NCBI GenBank assembly: GCA_963766655.1
Contig: CAVYBB010000001.1
Span: 260,474-324,473 of the forward strand
Reading direction: 5' to 3'
Origin: an uncultured Chloroflexia bacterium
GTDB lineage: Bacteria; Chloroflexota; Limnocylindria; Limnocylindrales; CSP1-4
DNA: 64,000 bases
The position numbers and the translations under genes were made by a program. Numbering within the stretch: position 1 is the first letter of the stretch; each line of letters starts with the position of its first letter. This document shows positions 47,391 through 59,120 of the stretch, one piece after another. The notes beneath the pieces are model-generated. The model ran no database searches, was not told where the DNA came from, and worked only from the letters and a program-made list of their open reading frames with translations.

Positions 47391-49512
47391 TTGGCGTCCT
47401 ACGTCCCTGACCGGCGCGACCTCGACGGCGGCCCGGCCGTCGGGTCCTCGCGCGACCCGCTGCTCGCCCGGGCCGCCCGCTACGCCCGCTGGGATGGCAG
47501 CCAGTCGATCCCGGCGCTCGACGCCGACGAGATCATGGACGCGCTCGCCGACGACGTCATGGCGGAGGGAGATCTCGGCGAAGCCCTCCGCCGGCTGATG
47601 GAGCGCGGCTGGCGCGGCCGCGATCCGAGCCGCGCCGACCTCGCCCGGGCTCGACGACCTCCGCGAGCGGCTGCGCCGACGGCGCGAGGCAGCTCCAGGA
47701 GCGCTACCAGCTCGCAGGACGTCCTCGCCGACGTCCGCCAGGAGCTCGAGGAGATCGTTGACGACGAGCGGGCCGGGATCGAGCGTCGGCTCGACGATGC
47801 GGCAACGCCGCCGGATGGCGCCGCCGCCGACCCGAAGCTCAGCGCGATGCTGCGCGACGCGGCGGCTCGCCGGATGGACCAGCTCGAGGCGCTGCCGCGC
47901 GATGTCGGCGGACGGATCCGAGCGCTCGAGGAGTACGACTTCATGGAGCCGGCCGCCCGCGAGCGCTTCCAGGCGCTGACGGATCGGCTCCGCCGGCAGA
48001 CGCTCGATCGCTTCGTCGAGGGGCTGTCGGAGGCGATCCAGGGCACGACGCCGGAGGAGCTCCAGGCGAACCGCGAGATGGTCCGCGACCTGAACTCGCT
48101 TCTCGAGGAGCGGCTGGAGGGCCGCGAGCCGAGCCAGGACGACGTCGACGACTTCCTCTCGCGACACGGCCAGTTCTTCCCGGGCGCCCGGACGCTCGAC
48201 GACATCGTCGAGCAGCTGACCCAGCGGATGGCCGCGATGCAGTCGCTGCTCCGGTCGATGACCCCCCAGCAGCGGGCCGAGCTCCAATCGATGATGGACG
48301 CGCTGCTCCGTGACGACCGACTGCGTTGGGATCTCGCCCGGCTCGCATCGAACATGGACCAGCTGATGCCGGACGGCCTCGGGCGAGGGCTACGACTTCT
48401 CGGGCGAGGAGGGGCTCGGCCTCGAGCCGCGCGCTGGAGCAGATCGGGCGGCTCCAGGCGCTCGACGCGCTCGAGGATTCGCTCGCCGGATGTCGCGAAC
48501 CCGGGCGACCTCGCGAACCTCGACCGGGACGACGGTCCGGGAGCTGATCGGCGAGGACGCGGCCCACGATCTCGACGCGCTCGACGAGCTGGCGCGCCAA
48601 CTCGAGCGTGCCGGCTACCTGACCCGCCGCGGCGAACGGCTGGAGCTGACGCCGCGCGGCAGCCGGCGGATCGGCCAGAAGGTCCTCGACGACCTGTTCT
48701 CACGCCTGTCGCGCGACGCGTTCGGCGGCCACCGGATCGACCGCGCCGGTCGGGGAGGGGAGCGCGAGGAGACGACGAAGCCGTACGAGTTCGGTGACCC
48801 GTTCCACCTCGACATCCGCGGCACGATCGAGAACGCGCTTCGCCGCCCGGAGAACGCGCCCGGCGCCGCGGCCCGGCGGCGGCGTCGGGCCTCCTGGCCG
48901 AGCGACTTCGAGGTCTTCCGGACCGAGCAGCTGACCCGGACCTCGACCGTGCTCCTCGTCGACATGAGCCGCTCGATGTTGCTGCGCGGCTGCTTCCTCG
49001 CGGCCAAGAAGGTCGCCGTCGCCCTCGACACGCTCATCCGGACGCAGTTCCCGCACGACGATCTCGCGGTGATCGGCTTCGCGTACTACGCGCGCGAGCT
49101 CCGGCCGGAGGCCCTCGCCGAGCTGACCTGGCACGGCTACGAGTACGGCACGAACCTCCAGCACGCGCTGATGCTGGCCCGCGGGATCCTGGCCCGCGAC
49201 CACGGCGGCGACCGCCAGATCGTGGTCATCACCGACGGCGAGCCGACCGCCCACTTCGAGGACGGCCAGGTCGAATTCAGCTACCCGCCGACGCGCCGGA
49301 CGATCCAGGAGACGCTCCGCGAGGTCCAGCGCTGCACGCGCGACGGGATCACGATCAACACCTTCATGCTCGAGCGATCGCGCGCACTCGCCGAGTTCGT
49401 CGCGCTCATCACCCGCATGAATCGCGGCCGCGCCTTCTATGCGACGCCGGAACGGCTGGGCGAGTACGTCCTCGTCGACTTCGTCTCGCATCGGACCAGG
49501 AGCGTCGGCTAG
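47391..49512 (+). pseudogene. VWA-domain protein partner of the AAA+ ATPase, at least 6 frame changes
   Basis: C-terminal VLLVDMSRSM MIDAS motif, IVVITDGEPTAH and ITINTFML. Frame switches near 47645, 47715, 48385, 48427, 48490 and 48535. Start uncertain. Confidence 0.7.
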
Positions 49513-49622
49513 GCGCGAGCTCGTGCTCGTCGGACGCACCGCGCGCGTCGCCACGCGCTATCGTGGCGCGGGCCGCCGCGACGGCGCGGTGGCGAGAGGG
49601 ATCGTGGCTGGAGGCACACCCC

Positions 49623-50111
49623 ATGGCGTGGTTGTTACCGTCTCCTGTTCCTGCACGTGCTCGGCGCGATCGTCGCCTTCGGGCCGACATTCAGCTTCTC
49701 CGATCATCGGCGCGATGGGCGGCGCCGAGCCGCAGCACGCAAACTTCGCGACGCGTGTCTCGCGCGCGATCAGCAGCCGGGTCGTGTTCCCGATCGGGAT
49801 CGCGCTGCCGATCACGGGGGCCGCGATGATCATCGTGACGGGCCGTCGACCTGTCGTCGCGCGCCAACTGGTGGCTCGGCCTGGCGATCGTCCTCTACGT
49901 CATCGCCTACGGCTATAACGATCTTCTTCCAGTCGCGAATGGTCAACCAGGTGATCGAGATGACGTCCGCCCCGCCCCCGCCCGGAGCCGCGCGGCCCGC
50001 CTCCGGAGCTGCTCCGGCCACTCGTCCGCCGCATCCAGCGCGGCGGGATGGTTCAGCGTCCTGATGGTCGTTCTGATCGTCCTGCTCATGGTGGTCAAGC
50101 CGCAGTTCTGA
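49623..50111 (+). pseudogene. DUF2269-like integral membrane protein, about 5 frame changes
   Basis: Pieces LLFLHVLGAIVAFGPTFSF / IIGAMGGAEPQHANFATRVSRAISSRVVFPIGIALPITGAAMIIVTG / VDLSSRANWWLGLAIVLYVIAYG / TIFFQSRMVNQVIEMTSAPPPPG / GWFSVLMVVLIVLLMVVKPQF lie in alternating frames. Confidence 0.55.
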
Positions 50112-50169
50112 CCGGTCGTCGTTCCGGCGGCTACCATGATGGTCGACCGCCCGGACAGGAGACCACCTG

Positions 50170-51579
50170 ATGCCGCACGTCGCCGAGACCCCAACCGACC
50201 TGCTAGCCAGACTCGGCGCGTCCGCCCATGTCGACGAGCGAGCGACTCGTCGTCGACGACCCGGCGGCGTTCCGCGGCGAAGTCGATCCGCGACCTGGCC
50301 TGGACGGCGGCGTTCGCCGACCGAGGGCCCGACGGTCGAGCCTGGCGCAGTGGCTGATCCACGAGGCCGCGCCAGGCGTTGGGCGCCAGGACGGCGAGCA
50401 TCCACGAGCTGTACATGGCCCGCGCCCGGGGCGAGGTCATGGGTTTACGTTCCCGGCGCTGAACCTTCGTGCCCAGGTCTTCGACATGGCGCGGACCGTC
50501 TACGAGACCGCCGCATCCGCCGACGTCGGAGCGGTGATCCTCGAGCTTGCCAGGAGCGAGCAGACCTACACGTTCCAGCGACCGATCGACTACTCGACGT
50601 CAGTCCTCGCCGGGGCGATCGCCGCCGGCTGGGAGGGCCCGGTCTTCATCCAGGGCGACCACTACCAGTTCAACGCCAAGAAGTACGCCGCCGACCCGGA
50701 GGGGACGACGGAGGAGATCCGGCGGGCGTGCAGGCTCGCGATCGATGCCGGCTATCGCAACATCGACATCGACTCGTCGACGCTCGTCGACCTCTCGAAG
50801 CCGACCGTCGACGAGCAGCAGCACGAGAACTACATGCGGGCGGCGGAGCTGACCGCGCTGATCCGGTCACTCGAGGATGATGGCGTGACGGTCAGCGTCG
50901 GCGGCGAGATCGGCGAGGTCGGCAAGAAGAACTCGACCGAGGAAGAGCTGAGGGCCTACCTCGACGGCTACCGGCGGGAACTCGACGCTCGGCGCCGGGC
51001 GCGACTGGCCTCTCGAAGGTCAGCGTCCAGACCGGAACGTCGCACGGCGGAGTGCCGCTGCCCGACGGCGGCGTCGCGGAGGTCAAGCTCGACTTCAACG
51101 TCATCGATCGGCTCGGCGAGGTCGCCAGGGAGTACGGGCTCGCCGGCGCCGTCCAGCACGGTGCATCGACGTTGCCCGACGCGCTCTTCCACCGCTTTCC
51201 GGCCGTCGAGACGGCCGAGATCCACCTCGCAACGGGCTTCCAGAACGCGCTCTACGAACACCCGGCATTTCCGGCCGAGCTCCATCGCGCGATCGAAGCC
51301 TGGTGCTTCGGCAACGCCGCCGACGAGCGCAAGGAAGGCCAGACCGAGCAGCAGTTCGTCTACACGACCCGCAAGAAGGCGATCGGCCCGTTCAAGCGCC
51401 AGCTCTGGGAGCTGCCGACGAAGGACGAGATCCTCGCCGCGCAGAGCCGCAAGATCGCGTTCCTTTTCACGGAGCTCGGCGTCAACGGGTCGATGGACAT
51501 GGTCGATGGGTATATCAGGCCGGTCGAGATCCACCGACCCATGCCGGATGCGCTGCGGGGGGCAGGCGCCGGCCGCTGA
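50170..51579 (+). pseudogene. class II fructose/ketose-bisphosphate aldolase family protein, at least 6 frame changes
   Basis: VFIQGDHYQF, NIDIDSST, GGEIGEVG and VQHGASTLPD motifs. N-part is spread over three frames. C-part is ORF 51052..51579. Confidence 0.65.
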
Positions 51580-51600
51580 CGGCAGCCGGTCCCCGCCGGG

Positions 51601-52080
51601 TCACGGACAGAGAAACGGCAGCAGCCTGCACAACTCCGAACGGCTCGGCTCGGGGGTCGGCGACGTGGTCGAGGCGGGAGTCGGAGTCGGCGTCGGCTCC
51701 GCAGGCGTCCCGGTCGGGGCGATCGAGGGCGCGGGCGAGCCCGCCGGCGAGGCAGATGGGGATGGACGTGGCGACGGGCTGGCGGTCGGCTGTGCCGACG
51801 GTCTGGCCGTCGGGCGTGGCGTGATCGTGGCGGCGGGCGAAGCGGACGGGGACGGCGACGCGGGCGCGGGTGTCGGCGAGCTGCTCGGCGCCGGACTCGA
51901 GGGTGCGACCGACGGTGCGGCGGACGACTCGACGAGCGACTCGGCCGGAGCGGCGGTTGCGGCCTGGGCGCCCGGAGACGGCAGGGCCAGCGGCCGCATC
52001 GCCGCACCGATTGCGACCGCTGCGATGAGCGTCGGCAGCATGGCGAGGGCGATGAGGAGGGTCGAACGCGTCTGGTTCAT
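51601..52080 (-). CDS. secreted Pro/Ser/Ala/Thr-rich low-complexity protein
   Basis: Signal-like N-terminus MNQTRSTLLIALAMLPTLIAAVAIGAA. High GC3 throughout. No obvious SD. Confidence 0.45.
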   Translation of the reverse strand: MNQTRSTLLIALAMLPTLIAAVAIGAAMRPLALPSPGAQAATAAPAESLVESSAAPSVAPSSPAPSSSPTPAPASPSPSASPAATITPRPTARPSAQPTASPSPRPSPSASPAGSPAPSIAPTGTPAEPTPTPTPASTTSPTPEPSRSELCRLLPFLCP

Positions 52081-52509
52081 GGGGATGTCGAACTAGGATC
52101 GCACGCTGCAGGCGGCGGCGGGCACGCGCCGCAGTCGTGGGCAGCGGGCCGGCGAGACGCGGCACCCCGGCGGCGCCCAGCGGCCCGGCAGCGGGGGCTC
52201 CCCGGCGGCAGTTTTCGATCATTCCGAACAGGGACCCCGTTGCCCGGGCCCTCCAGCCACACCGCGCGGGCCGGCGATGCACGGTCCCGCACGAGGTTGA
52301 CTCACGGGGGTCGAAGCGGACGGGCGGAGGGGGGTCAAGGACCCGGATCCGCTCGAAGCTGTTCGGATGGTCCGAAAAGGCCCGGCCAGCCGGCGCGGGC
52401 GGGCGTGCGGCCGCTGAACTCGGCGCGGGGCAATTGCTCCGAATTCCATGGACCCAGTCGAGGGACGCGGCGGACTGACGACCCCCGGGGCTCGTGTTCG
52501 GAACGCTCG

Positions 52510-52538
52510 TTGACTCGGTGGATTCCGAGCCCTATCCT
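52510..52538 (+). promoter_or_regulatory. promoter TTGACT-17-TATCCT upstream of the APC permease
   Basis: Hexamers at 52510-52515 and 52533-52538, about 115 nt before GTG 52653. Confidence 0.45.
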
Positions 52539-52652
52539 CGGCCGCAGGTGCGGCGCCCGAGAGGGGATTGCCGCCGACCCGGCGTCATCGCGTTCACTCC
52601 CCAGAGGGCAGTCTCGCGCCAGTCCAGGCGTGGCGGTAGGAGGAGGAGAATC

Positions 52653-54269
52653 GTGGCGGAATCGGTCCAGGATCAGGCGGAGCGCGATGACGCGCACCTG
52701 CGGTCGTTGGGGATCAAGCCCGAGCTGCGACGGACGCTCGGATTCCTCTCGAACTTCGCGGTCGCGTTCAGCTATATCAGCGTGTCGACCGGGACGTTCA
52801 CGGTCTTCGCCCTGGCTCTGGGGTTCGCCGGCCCGATCTTCTTCTGGGCCTGGCCGGTCGTCATCCTGGGGCAGACCTTCGTCGCCCTGAACTTCGCGGA
52901 GCTCGCGAGCCACTTCCCGGTGGCCGGCTCGATCTACCAGTGGTCGAAGCGGCTGTCGAACCGGACCCTGGGCTGGTTCACCGGTTGGATCTATTTCTGG
53001 GCGGGCGTGCTGACCACCACGGCAGTGGCCGTGACGGTGCCGCTCGTCGTTGCCGGGATCAATGGCAGCCCCGATTTCCTCGCCTCGCCCGATCCGACCG
53101 GCATCACCAGCATGTACGCGTTCGTCGCGATCGTCACCCTCGTGATCACCACGGCGATCAACGCCTTCGGCGTGCGCCTGCTGTCGATCATCAACAACAT
53201 CGGCGTCGGGACCGAGATCCTCGGGATGCTGGTGTTCGCGCTGATCCTCCTCTTCTTCGCCAATCACCAGAGCCCCGCGATCCTGTTCGACTCCAAGGGT
53301 CTCGAGGCCGGGGCGAACGGCAGCGTCCTCGGGGTCTTCCTGATCGGCGCGTTCATCGCCCTGTTCGTCGTCTACGGCTTCGACACGGCGGGGACGTTCG
53401 GCGAGGAGACGCTCGATGCCGGGCGCCAGGCTCCGCGCGGCATCCTGTCGGCCATCTGGCTGTCGGGGATCGTCGGAGCGGTCTTCCTGCTCGCCATCCT
53501 TCTGTCGTTCCAGGACCTCGACGCCGCCATCGCCGAGGGCCAGGCGTTCGGCTTCCCGATCGCCACCACGCTCCAGCAGAACCTGACCCAGGAGCTGTTC
53601 GGTGGAATCACGTTCGGCGAGTTCTACCTGTTCATCATTCTCGCGTCGGTCTTCGTGTGCACCCTGGCGATCCAGGGCGCGACGACCCGCCTGATGTTCT
53701 CGATGGGCCGCGATCGCCGGCTGCCGCTCAGCGGCGCGTGGGCCCACGTCAACCAGTCCTTCAAGACCCCGACGAACGCAGCGATCGCCGTCGGCGTCCT
53801 TGCCGCGATCCCGATCGTCCTCACCGGGCCGCTGGGTGCTGCCACGCTCGCCATCGCGGCGACCGGGATGATCTATCTGAGCTACTTCCTCTGCAACCTC
53901 GGCGTCCTGTTCGCCCGGACGAGGGGCTGGCCGCACAAGGGTGCCTGGTTCAAGCTCGGCAGCTGGGGAACGATCATCAACGTCCTTGCCCTCGTCTACG
54001 GCGGGGTCATGGTGATCAACATCGGCCTCTGGGTTTCGCCGATCTTCGGCGACCTCGGGACAGACCTGCGCGCCCTCTCGAACCCGTTCATCAATACGTT
54101 CGTCAGCTGGGGCGGCGCCCTCCTCGACGGATTGCCTGCCATCCCGGTCTTCGAGACGCTCGTCGGTCTCGTGATCGTGGTCGGCGCGATCTACTACGTC
54201 CTGACGCAGCGCGGGCGTGAGGACGTCGTCGAAGCGGACATCGCGACCGGCGAGGCGACCATCGGTTGA
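52653..54269 (+). CDS. APC-superfamily amino acid/amine permease
   Basis: AGGAGGAGGAGA then GTG 52653. FAELASHFPVAGSIYQW motif. About 12 TM segments. Intact. Confidence 0.85.
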   Translation: MAESVQDQAERDDAHLRSLGIKPELRRTLGFLSNFAVAFSYISVSTGTFTVFALALGFAGPIFFWAWPVVILGQTFVALNFAELASHFPVAGSIYQWSKRLSNRTLGWFTGWIYFWAGVLTTTAVAVTVPLVVAGINGSPDFLASPDPTGITSMYAFVAIVTLVITTAINAFGVRLLSIINNIGVGTEILGMLVFALILLFFANHQSPAILFDSKGLEAGANGSVLGVFLIGAFIALFVVYGFDTAGTFGEETLDAGRQAPRGILSAIWLSGIVGAVFLLAILLSFQDLDAAIAEGQAFGFPIATTLQQNLTQELFGGITFGEFYLFIILASVFVCTLAIQGATTRLMFSMGRDRRLPLSGAWAHVNQSFKTPTNAAIAVGVLAAIPIVLTGPLGAATLAIAATGMIYLSYFLCNLGVLFARTRGWPHKGAWFKLGSWGTIINVLALVYGGVMVINIGLWVSPIFGDLGTDLRALSNPFINTFVSWGGALLDGLPAIPVFETLVGLVIVVGAIYYVLTQRGREDVVEADIATGEATIG

Positions 54270-54340
54270 ACTCGTCCTGGAGGAGGACGAGGCGGCGTGG
54301 CAAGCGATCGGCGCGCCGCCTTTTCGTGCCTGGAAACGGC

Positions 54341-55292
54341 GTGACGGAACCGTCGATCGGCGAGGCCCTGCACGGCGAGCTGCGCGAGCAGCTTGTCGAG
54401 GCGATGCAGAGGGTGCCGGACCTCGCCGGTCGCGACCTGACCCTCCGGGCATTGTCGGGCGGGATCACCAACCGGAACTTCCTGGTCGCGGCGTCCGGAA
54501 CTGCAGAGCGGTGGGTCATCCGGCTGGCCGGCAACGACACCCACCTGCTGGGTATCAGCCGGGAGGTCGAGCACGCCGCGACCGTCGCGGCCGCCGGCGT
54601 GGGCGTCGGCCCCGAGGTGACCGCCTTCGTCCGGCCCGAGGGCTATCTCGTCACCCGCTTCATCGTCGGTTCGCCGGTCTCGGATGAGGCCGTCCACCGG
54701 CCGGAGACGCTCGCGAGGGTCGCGGATTCGCTGCGACGGATCCACGACGGCCCGCCGATCCCCGGCCTGTTCGTCCCGTTCCGGATCGTCGAGGCATACC
54801 GGGCGCTGGCCGCGGCGCGCGGCGTGACGATTCCGTCGGAGTACGAGCTCGCGCAGGCAGCCGCGCGCAGGATCGAACTCGCCTTCCTGACGAATCCGGT
54901 CGAGCTGCGGCCTTGCCACAACGATCTCCTGAACGCGAACTTCATCGACGACGGAACGCGGATCCGCATCGTCGACTGGGAGTACGCGGGCATGGGCGAC
55001 CCTTTCTTCGACCTCGGCAACTTCTCGATCAACCACGAACTGGCCGGCGACGAGGACCGTGAGCTGCTCGCCGCCTACGACGGCTCTGTCCGGCCGGATC
55101 GCCTCGCCCGCCTGACGCTTGATGCGGACGATCTCCGACTTCCGCGAGGCGATGTGGGGCGTGCTCCAGCAGGGGATCAGCACGCTCGACGTCGACTTCG
55201 TCGCATACGCCCGGGAGCATTTCGACCGGCTGCTGTCGGGGACGACGACCCCGGACTTCGAGCGATCGCTCCGCCTCGCGGCCGGCGACTGA
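54341..55292 (+). CDS. choline/ethanolamine kinase-family phosphotransferase; frame break near 55121
   Basis: GGITNRNF, CHNDLLNANFI and IVDWEYAGMGDPFFDLGN motifs. The C-terminus MRTISDFREAMWGVLQQG... continues in another frame to the TGA at 55290-55292. Confidence 0.75.
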
Positions 55293-55357
55293 TCGGGCAC
55301 GACCGCTCGTCGGCGCGGCGACCGGCGGCGTTCCGTGCGCATCCTTCGACTCGCGCG

Positions 55358-55528
55358 GGTTTCCTCTCGGAGTGAACGGAATCGGCCCTTGACGGGCTCA
55401 GCCGGCACACGATCTCCTCAGGAATCCGATCCCAGGAGAAGAATGCGGGCCTACGCTGGGTCCGGGACGATCCAGCGGGCCTCGATTTCGGCCCGGAAGG
55501 CCCAAGACGTTCACCCGGGGAGGAAAGC
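55358..55528 (+). repeat. about 171-bp intergenic element bounded by imperfect 21-nt inverted repeats (copy B)
   Basis: Left arm GGTTTCCTCTCGGAGTGAACG (55358-55378). Right arm CGTTCACCCGGGGAGGAAAGC (55508-55528). Confidence 0.6.
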
Positions 55529-55604
55529 GGTGGGCCTGGTCCGGGTCGGGCCTCGTCCCGGGCGGGCGGGGGCGGCGCCGCGGGTCCTTCGCTACGCTTG
55601 AGGG

Positions 55605-56631
55605 ATGGACGATCGCCGCTCGCTCGCCCGCAGCGCCGGCCTTGGTGCTGTCGCCTTCGTCGCCACGTTGATCCTGCTCGCGGGACTTGCCCTCGGCGTC
55701 GGAGGCAGGGCGCCGGGATCCTCGTCCGGGCCGCTGGCTTCGCTCGTGGCCGGTGCGAGCGGCACATCCCTCCACCCCGGCGCCCCGCCCACGGCCGCCC
55801 CGCCGATCCGCACGGCTGCGCCATCGCCGTCGGGCGATCCCGTGCTCGTCGGCGCGGGCGATATCGCGTCCTGCCAGCTCGACGACGACGAGGCGACCGC
55901 CCGGCTTCTCGACGGGATCGCGGGAACGGTCTTCACGGCCGGAGACAATGCCTACGAGAACGGCACGGCCGCGGAGTTCGCCGATTGTTATGGCCCGACC
56001 TGGGGCCGGCACAGAGCGCGGACCCGGCCGGCGGCCGGAAACCACGACTACGAGACGCCGGGAGCCGCGGGCTACAAGGCCTACTTCGGCGCGGCGGCAA
56101 CCAACGAAGACGGCAGGACGTGGTACTCGTACGAGCTCGGGACGTGGCACATCGTCGTCCTCGACTCCGACTGTGGCCAGGTCGGTGGCTGCGATGCGGC
56201 CTCTGAGCAGGGGCGCTGGCTCGCTGCGGATCTCGCCGCGTCGTCGGCGACCTGCACGCTGGCGATCTGGCACCATCCGCGATTCAGCTCGGGCGAGCAC
56301 GGCAACGACACGGACGTCGCCCCCTTCTGGCAGGCGCTGTACAAGGCTGGCGCCGACGTCATCGTCAACGGCCACGACCACGACTACGAGCGCTTCGCCC
56401 CGCAGGACCCCGACGGCGCGCCGGACCGCCGGCTCGGTATCCGGGAGTTCGTCGTCGGGACCGGTGGTGCGGCGCTTCGCGGCTTCGCCACGTCGGCTGC
56501 CAATGCCCAGCTCCGCGATCGCCCTGGTCCACGGCGTGATCAAGCTGACCCTCCGCGACGGCCTGTACGAATGGGACTGGCTTCCGTCGACGGGGACGTT
56601 GGGCGACTCCGGTCGGGAGCGATGTCACTGA
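55605..56631 (+). CDS. secreted calcineurin-like metallophosphoesterase; frame break near 56517
   Basis: GDIASC, GDNAYENG, GNHDY and NGHDHDYER motifs. TM/signal at the N-terminus. The C-terminal IALVHGVIKLTLRDGLYEWDW lies in the frame of ORF 55687..56631. Confidence 0.75.
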
Positions 56632-56681
56632 GCCGCGGGAGGACCCGACGAAGCGACCCTCGGACCCGATAGTCTGCCCGC

Positions 56682-59120
56682 ATGGTTGACCACGCCCGGG
56701 CGGTGATCATCGGCGGCGGCGTCGGCGGGACGTCGATCGCGTACCACCTCGCCGATCTGGGCTGGACGGACATCGTCCTCGTGGACCGGGCGGAGCTGAC
56801 GTCGGGCTCGACGTTCCACTCGGCCGGCCTCGTCGGCCAGCTCCGGAGCTCCGTGACGCTGACGAAGATGATGATGTACGGCGCAGACCTGTACCGGCGT
56901 CTGAGCGACGAGACAGGCGTGGACCCGTCGTGGCACGAGGTCGGGTCGCTCCGGCTCGCGTCGTCGAAGGCGCGGTTCGAGGAGCTCCAGCGCCAGGTCG
57001 GCTGGGCGCGGACGTTCGGGCTGCCGCTCGAGCTGATCTCGGCGTCGGAGGCGCGCGACCGCTTCCCGCTGATGTCGACCGACGGGGTGCTGGGGGCGGT
57101 CTGGCTCCCGACCGACGGCTGGCTCGACCCGTCCGGGCTTGCCCAGGCGCTCGCCGCCGGGGCGCGGAAGCGCGGGGTTGAGATCCGGACTCACACGCGG
57201 GTCGTCGGGATCGCGACGGATCGGGGGCGGGTGACGGGCGTCGAGGTCGAGGGTCGCGGCTGGCCGCGAAACGATCTCCACGGAGGTCGTCGTCAATGCC
57301 GGCGGGATGTTCGCGCCGGAGATCGGCCGGCTGGCCGGCGTCACGATCCCGATCATCCCGATGGCCCACCAGTACCTCTTCACGGAGGCCGTCGAGGGCG
57401 TCCATCCCGGCGCTGCCCCAGCTGCGCGATCCCGACAACCTCGTCTACTTCCGCGAGGAGGTCGGCGGACTGTGCATGGGCGGCTACGAGCGGAGCCCGG
57501 CGCCGTGGTCGCTCGACGGCGTGCCGGCCGGACTTCAACGGCAGGCTGCTGGCGCGCGGACTGGCCGCGGTTCGAGGAGATCATGGCCGGGGCGATCCGG
57601 CGCGTCCCGGCCATCGCCGAGGCCGGCGTGAGCCGGATGATCAACGGCCCGGAGGGCTTCACGCCGGACAACGAGTTCATCCTCGGCGAGAGCGAGGTCC
57701 GCGGCTTCTTCGTGGCCGCCGGCTTCTGCGCGCACGGGATCGCCGGCGCCGGCGGGATCGGTCGCCAGATGGCGACGTGGATCGTCGAGGGAGAGCCGGA
57801 GCTCGACCTGTGGAAGATGGACATCCGCCGCTTCGGCGCCCAGTACCGGAGCCAGGCGTTCACGCTCGCGCGGACGACCGAGGTCTACGCGACCTATTAC
57901 GACATCCACTATCCCAACGAGGAGCGCCAGGCCGGCCGGCCACTCCGGCTCTCGCCGGCGTACGCGCGGCTGGCGGACCTGGGCGCGGTGTTCGGCGAGA
58001 AGTCGCGGCTGGGAGCGCCCGAACTGGTTCGCCCGGAACGAGCGGCCGGTGCTCGAGGCGACGCGGCCGCGCGGCTGGGCCGGCGAGCACTGGTCGACGG
58101 CGATCGGGACGGAGGCACTCGCAACTCGCCAGGCCGCCGGGCTGTTCGACGAGAGCTCGTTCGCGAAGATCGAGGTCGGCGGGCCGGGCGCCTGCGCGTT
58201 CCTCCAGCGGCTGTGCGCCAACGACGTGGACGTCGCCGTCGGGCGGATCGTCTACACGCCAGATGCTCAACAGCCGGGGCGGGATCGAGACGGACTTCAC
58301 CGTGACCCGGCTGGCGGCCGACCGGTTCCTGATCGTCACCGGCACGGCGTTCGGAAACCACGATGCCGGCTGGATCCGGAGGCACCTGACCGAGGATGGG
58401 TCGGTCGAGGTCCGCGACCTGACCTCGGCCCGGGCATGCCTCGGGCTGTGGGGACCTCGCGCCCGGGACATCCTCGCCGGGCTCAGCAGGGACGACCTCT
58501 CGAACGAGGCGTTCCCGTATCTCACGGCCCGCGAGATCAGCGTCGGTTCCATCCCGCTCCTCGCCCTGCGGGTGACGTATGTCGGCGAGCTCGGCTGGGA
58601 GCTCTACCCGCCGACGGAATACGGCGCGACGTTGTGGGACACGCTCCTGGGTGCCGGCGCCGAGCACGGCCTCGTCGCGGCGGGCTACCGGGCGATCGAC
58701 GCGCTGCGGCTCGAGAAGGGCTACCGCGCCTGGTCCAGCGACATCACCCCCGACGAGACGCCGTACGAGGCTGGCCTGGGATTCGCGGTCGCGCTCGACA
58801 AGGGCGACTTCATCGGCCGGGATGCGCTCGTGACGGCGAAGGCCGCCGGTCCGCGGAAACGGCTGCGCTGCCTCGTCCTCGACGATCCGCGATCGGTCTG
58901 TCTCGGCAACGAGCCGGTTCGGATCGGGGGCGAGATCGTCGGCAGGGTGACGTCGGGCGGCTACGGCTTCACCGTCGAGCGTTCGATCGCCTATGCCTAC
59001 CTCCCGCCGGACCGACCGATCGGGACACAGGGCGAGATCGATGTCTTCGGCGAGTGGATCGGCTTCCAGGTCGTGCGTGAGCCGCTCTGGGATCAGGCCG
59101 GGGAGCGGTTGCGCTCGTGA
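56682..59120 (+). pseudogene. dimethylglycine/sarcosine dehydrogenase-oxidase family protein (DAO FAD domain plus GcvT folate-binding domain), 6 frame changes
   Basis: VIIGGGVGGTSIAYHL at the N-terminus and a GcvT-like C-terminus (AGYRAIDALRLEKGY). Switches near 57265, 57410, 57525, 57550, 58005 and 58262. Confidence 0.75.

Noticed and set aside
50228-52096. A 622-aa ORF extending the aldolase.
   Set aside because: After about 51000 the frame gives Ser/Arg-rich nonsense. The real C-terminus is ORF 51052..51579, and a minus-strand gene occupies 51601-52080.
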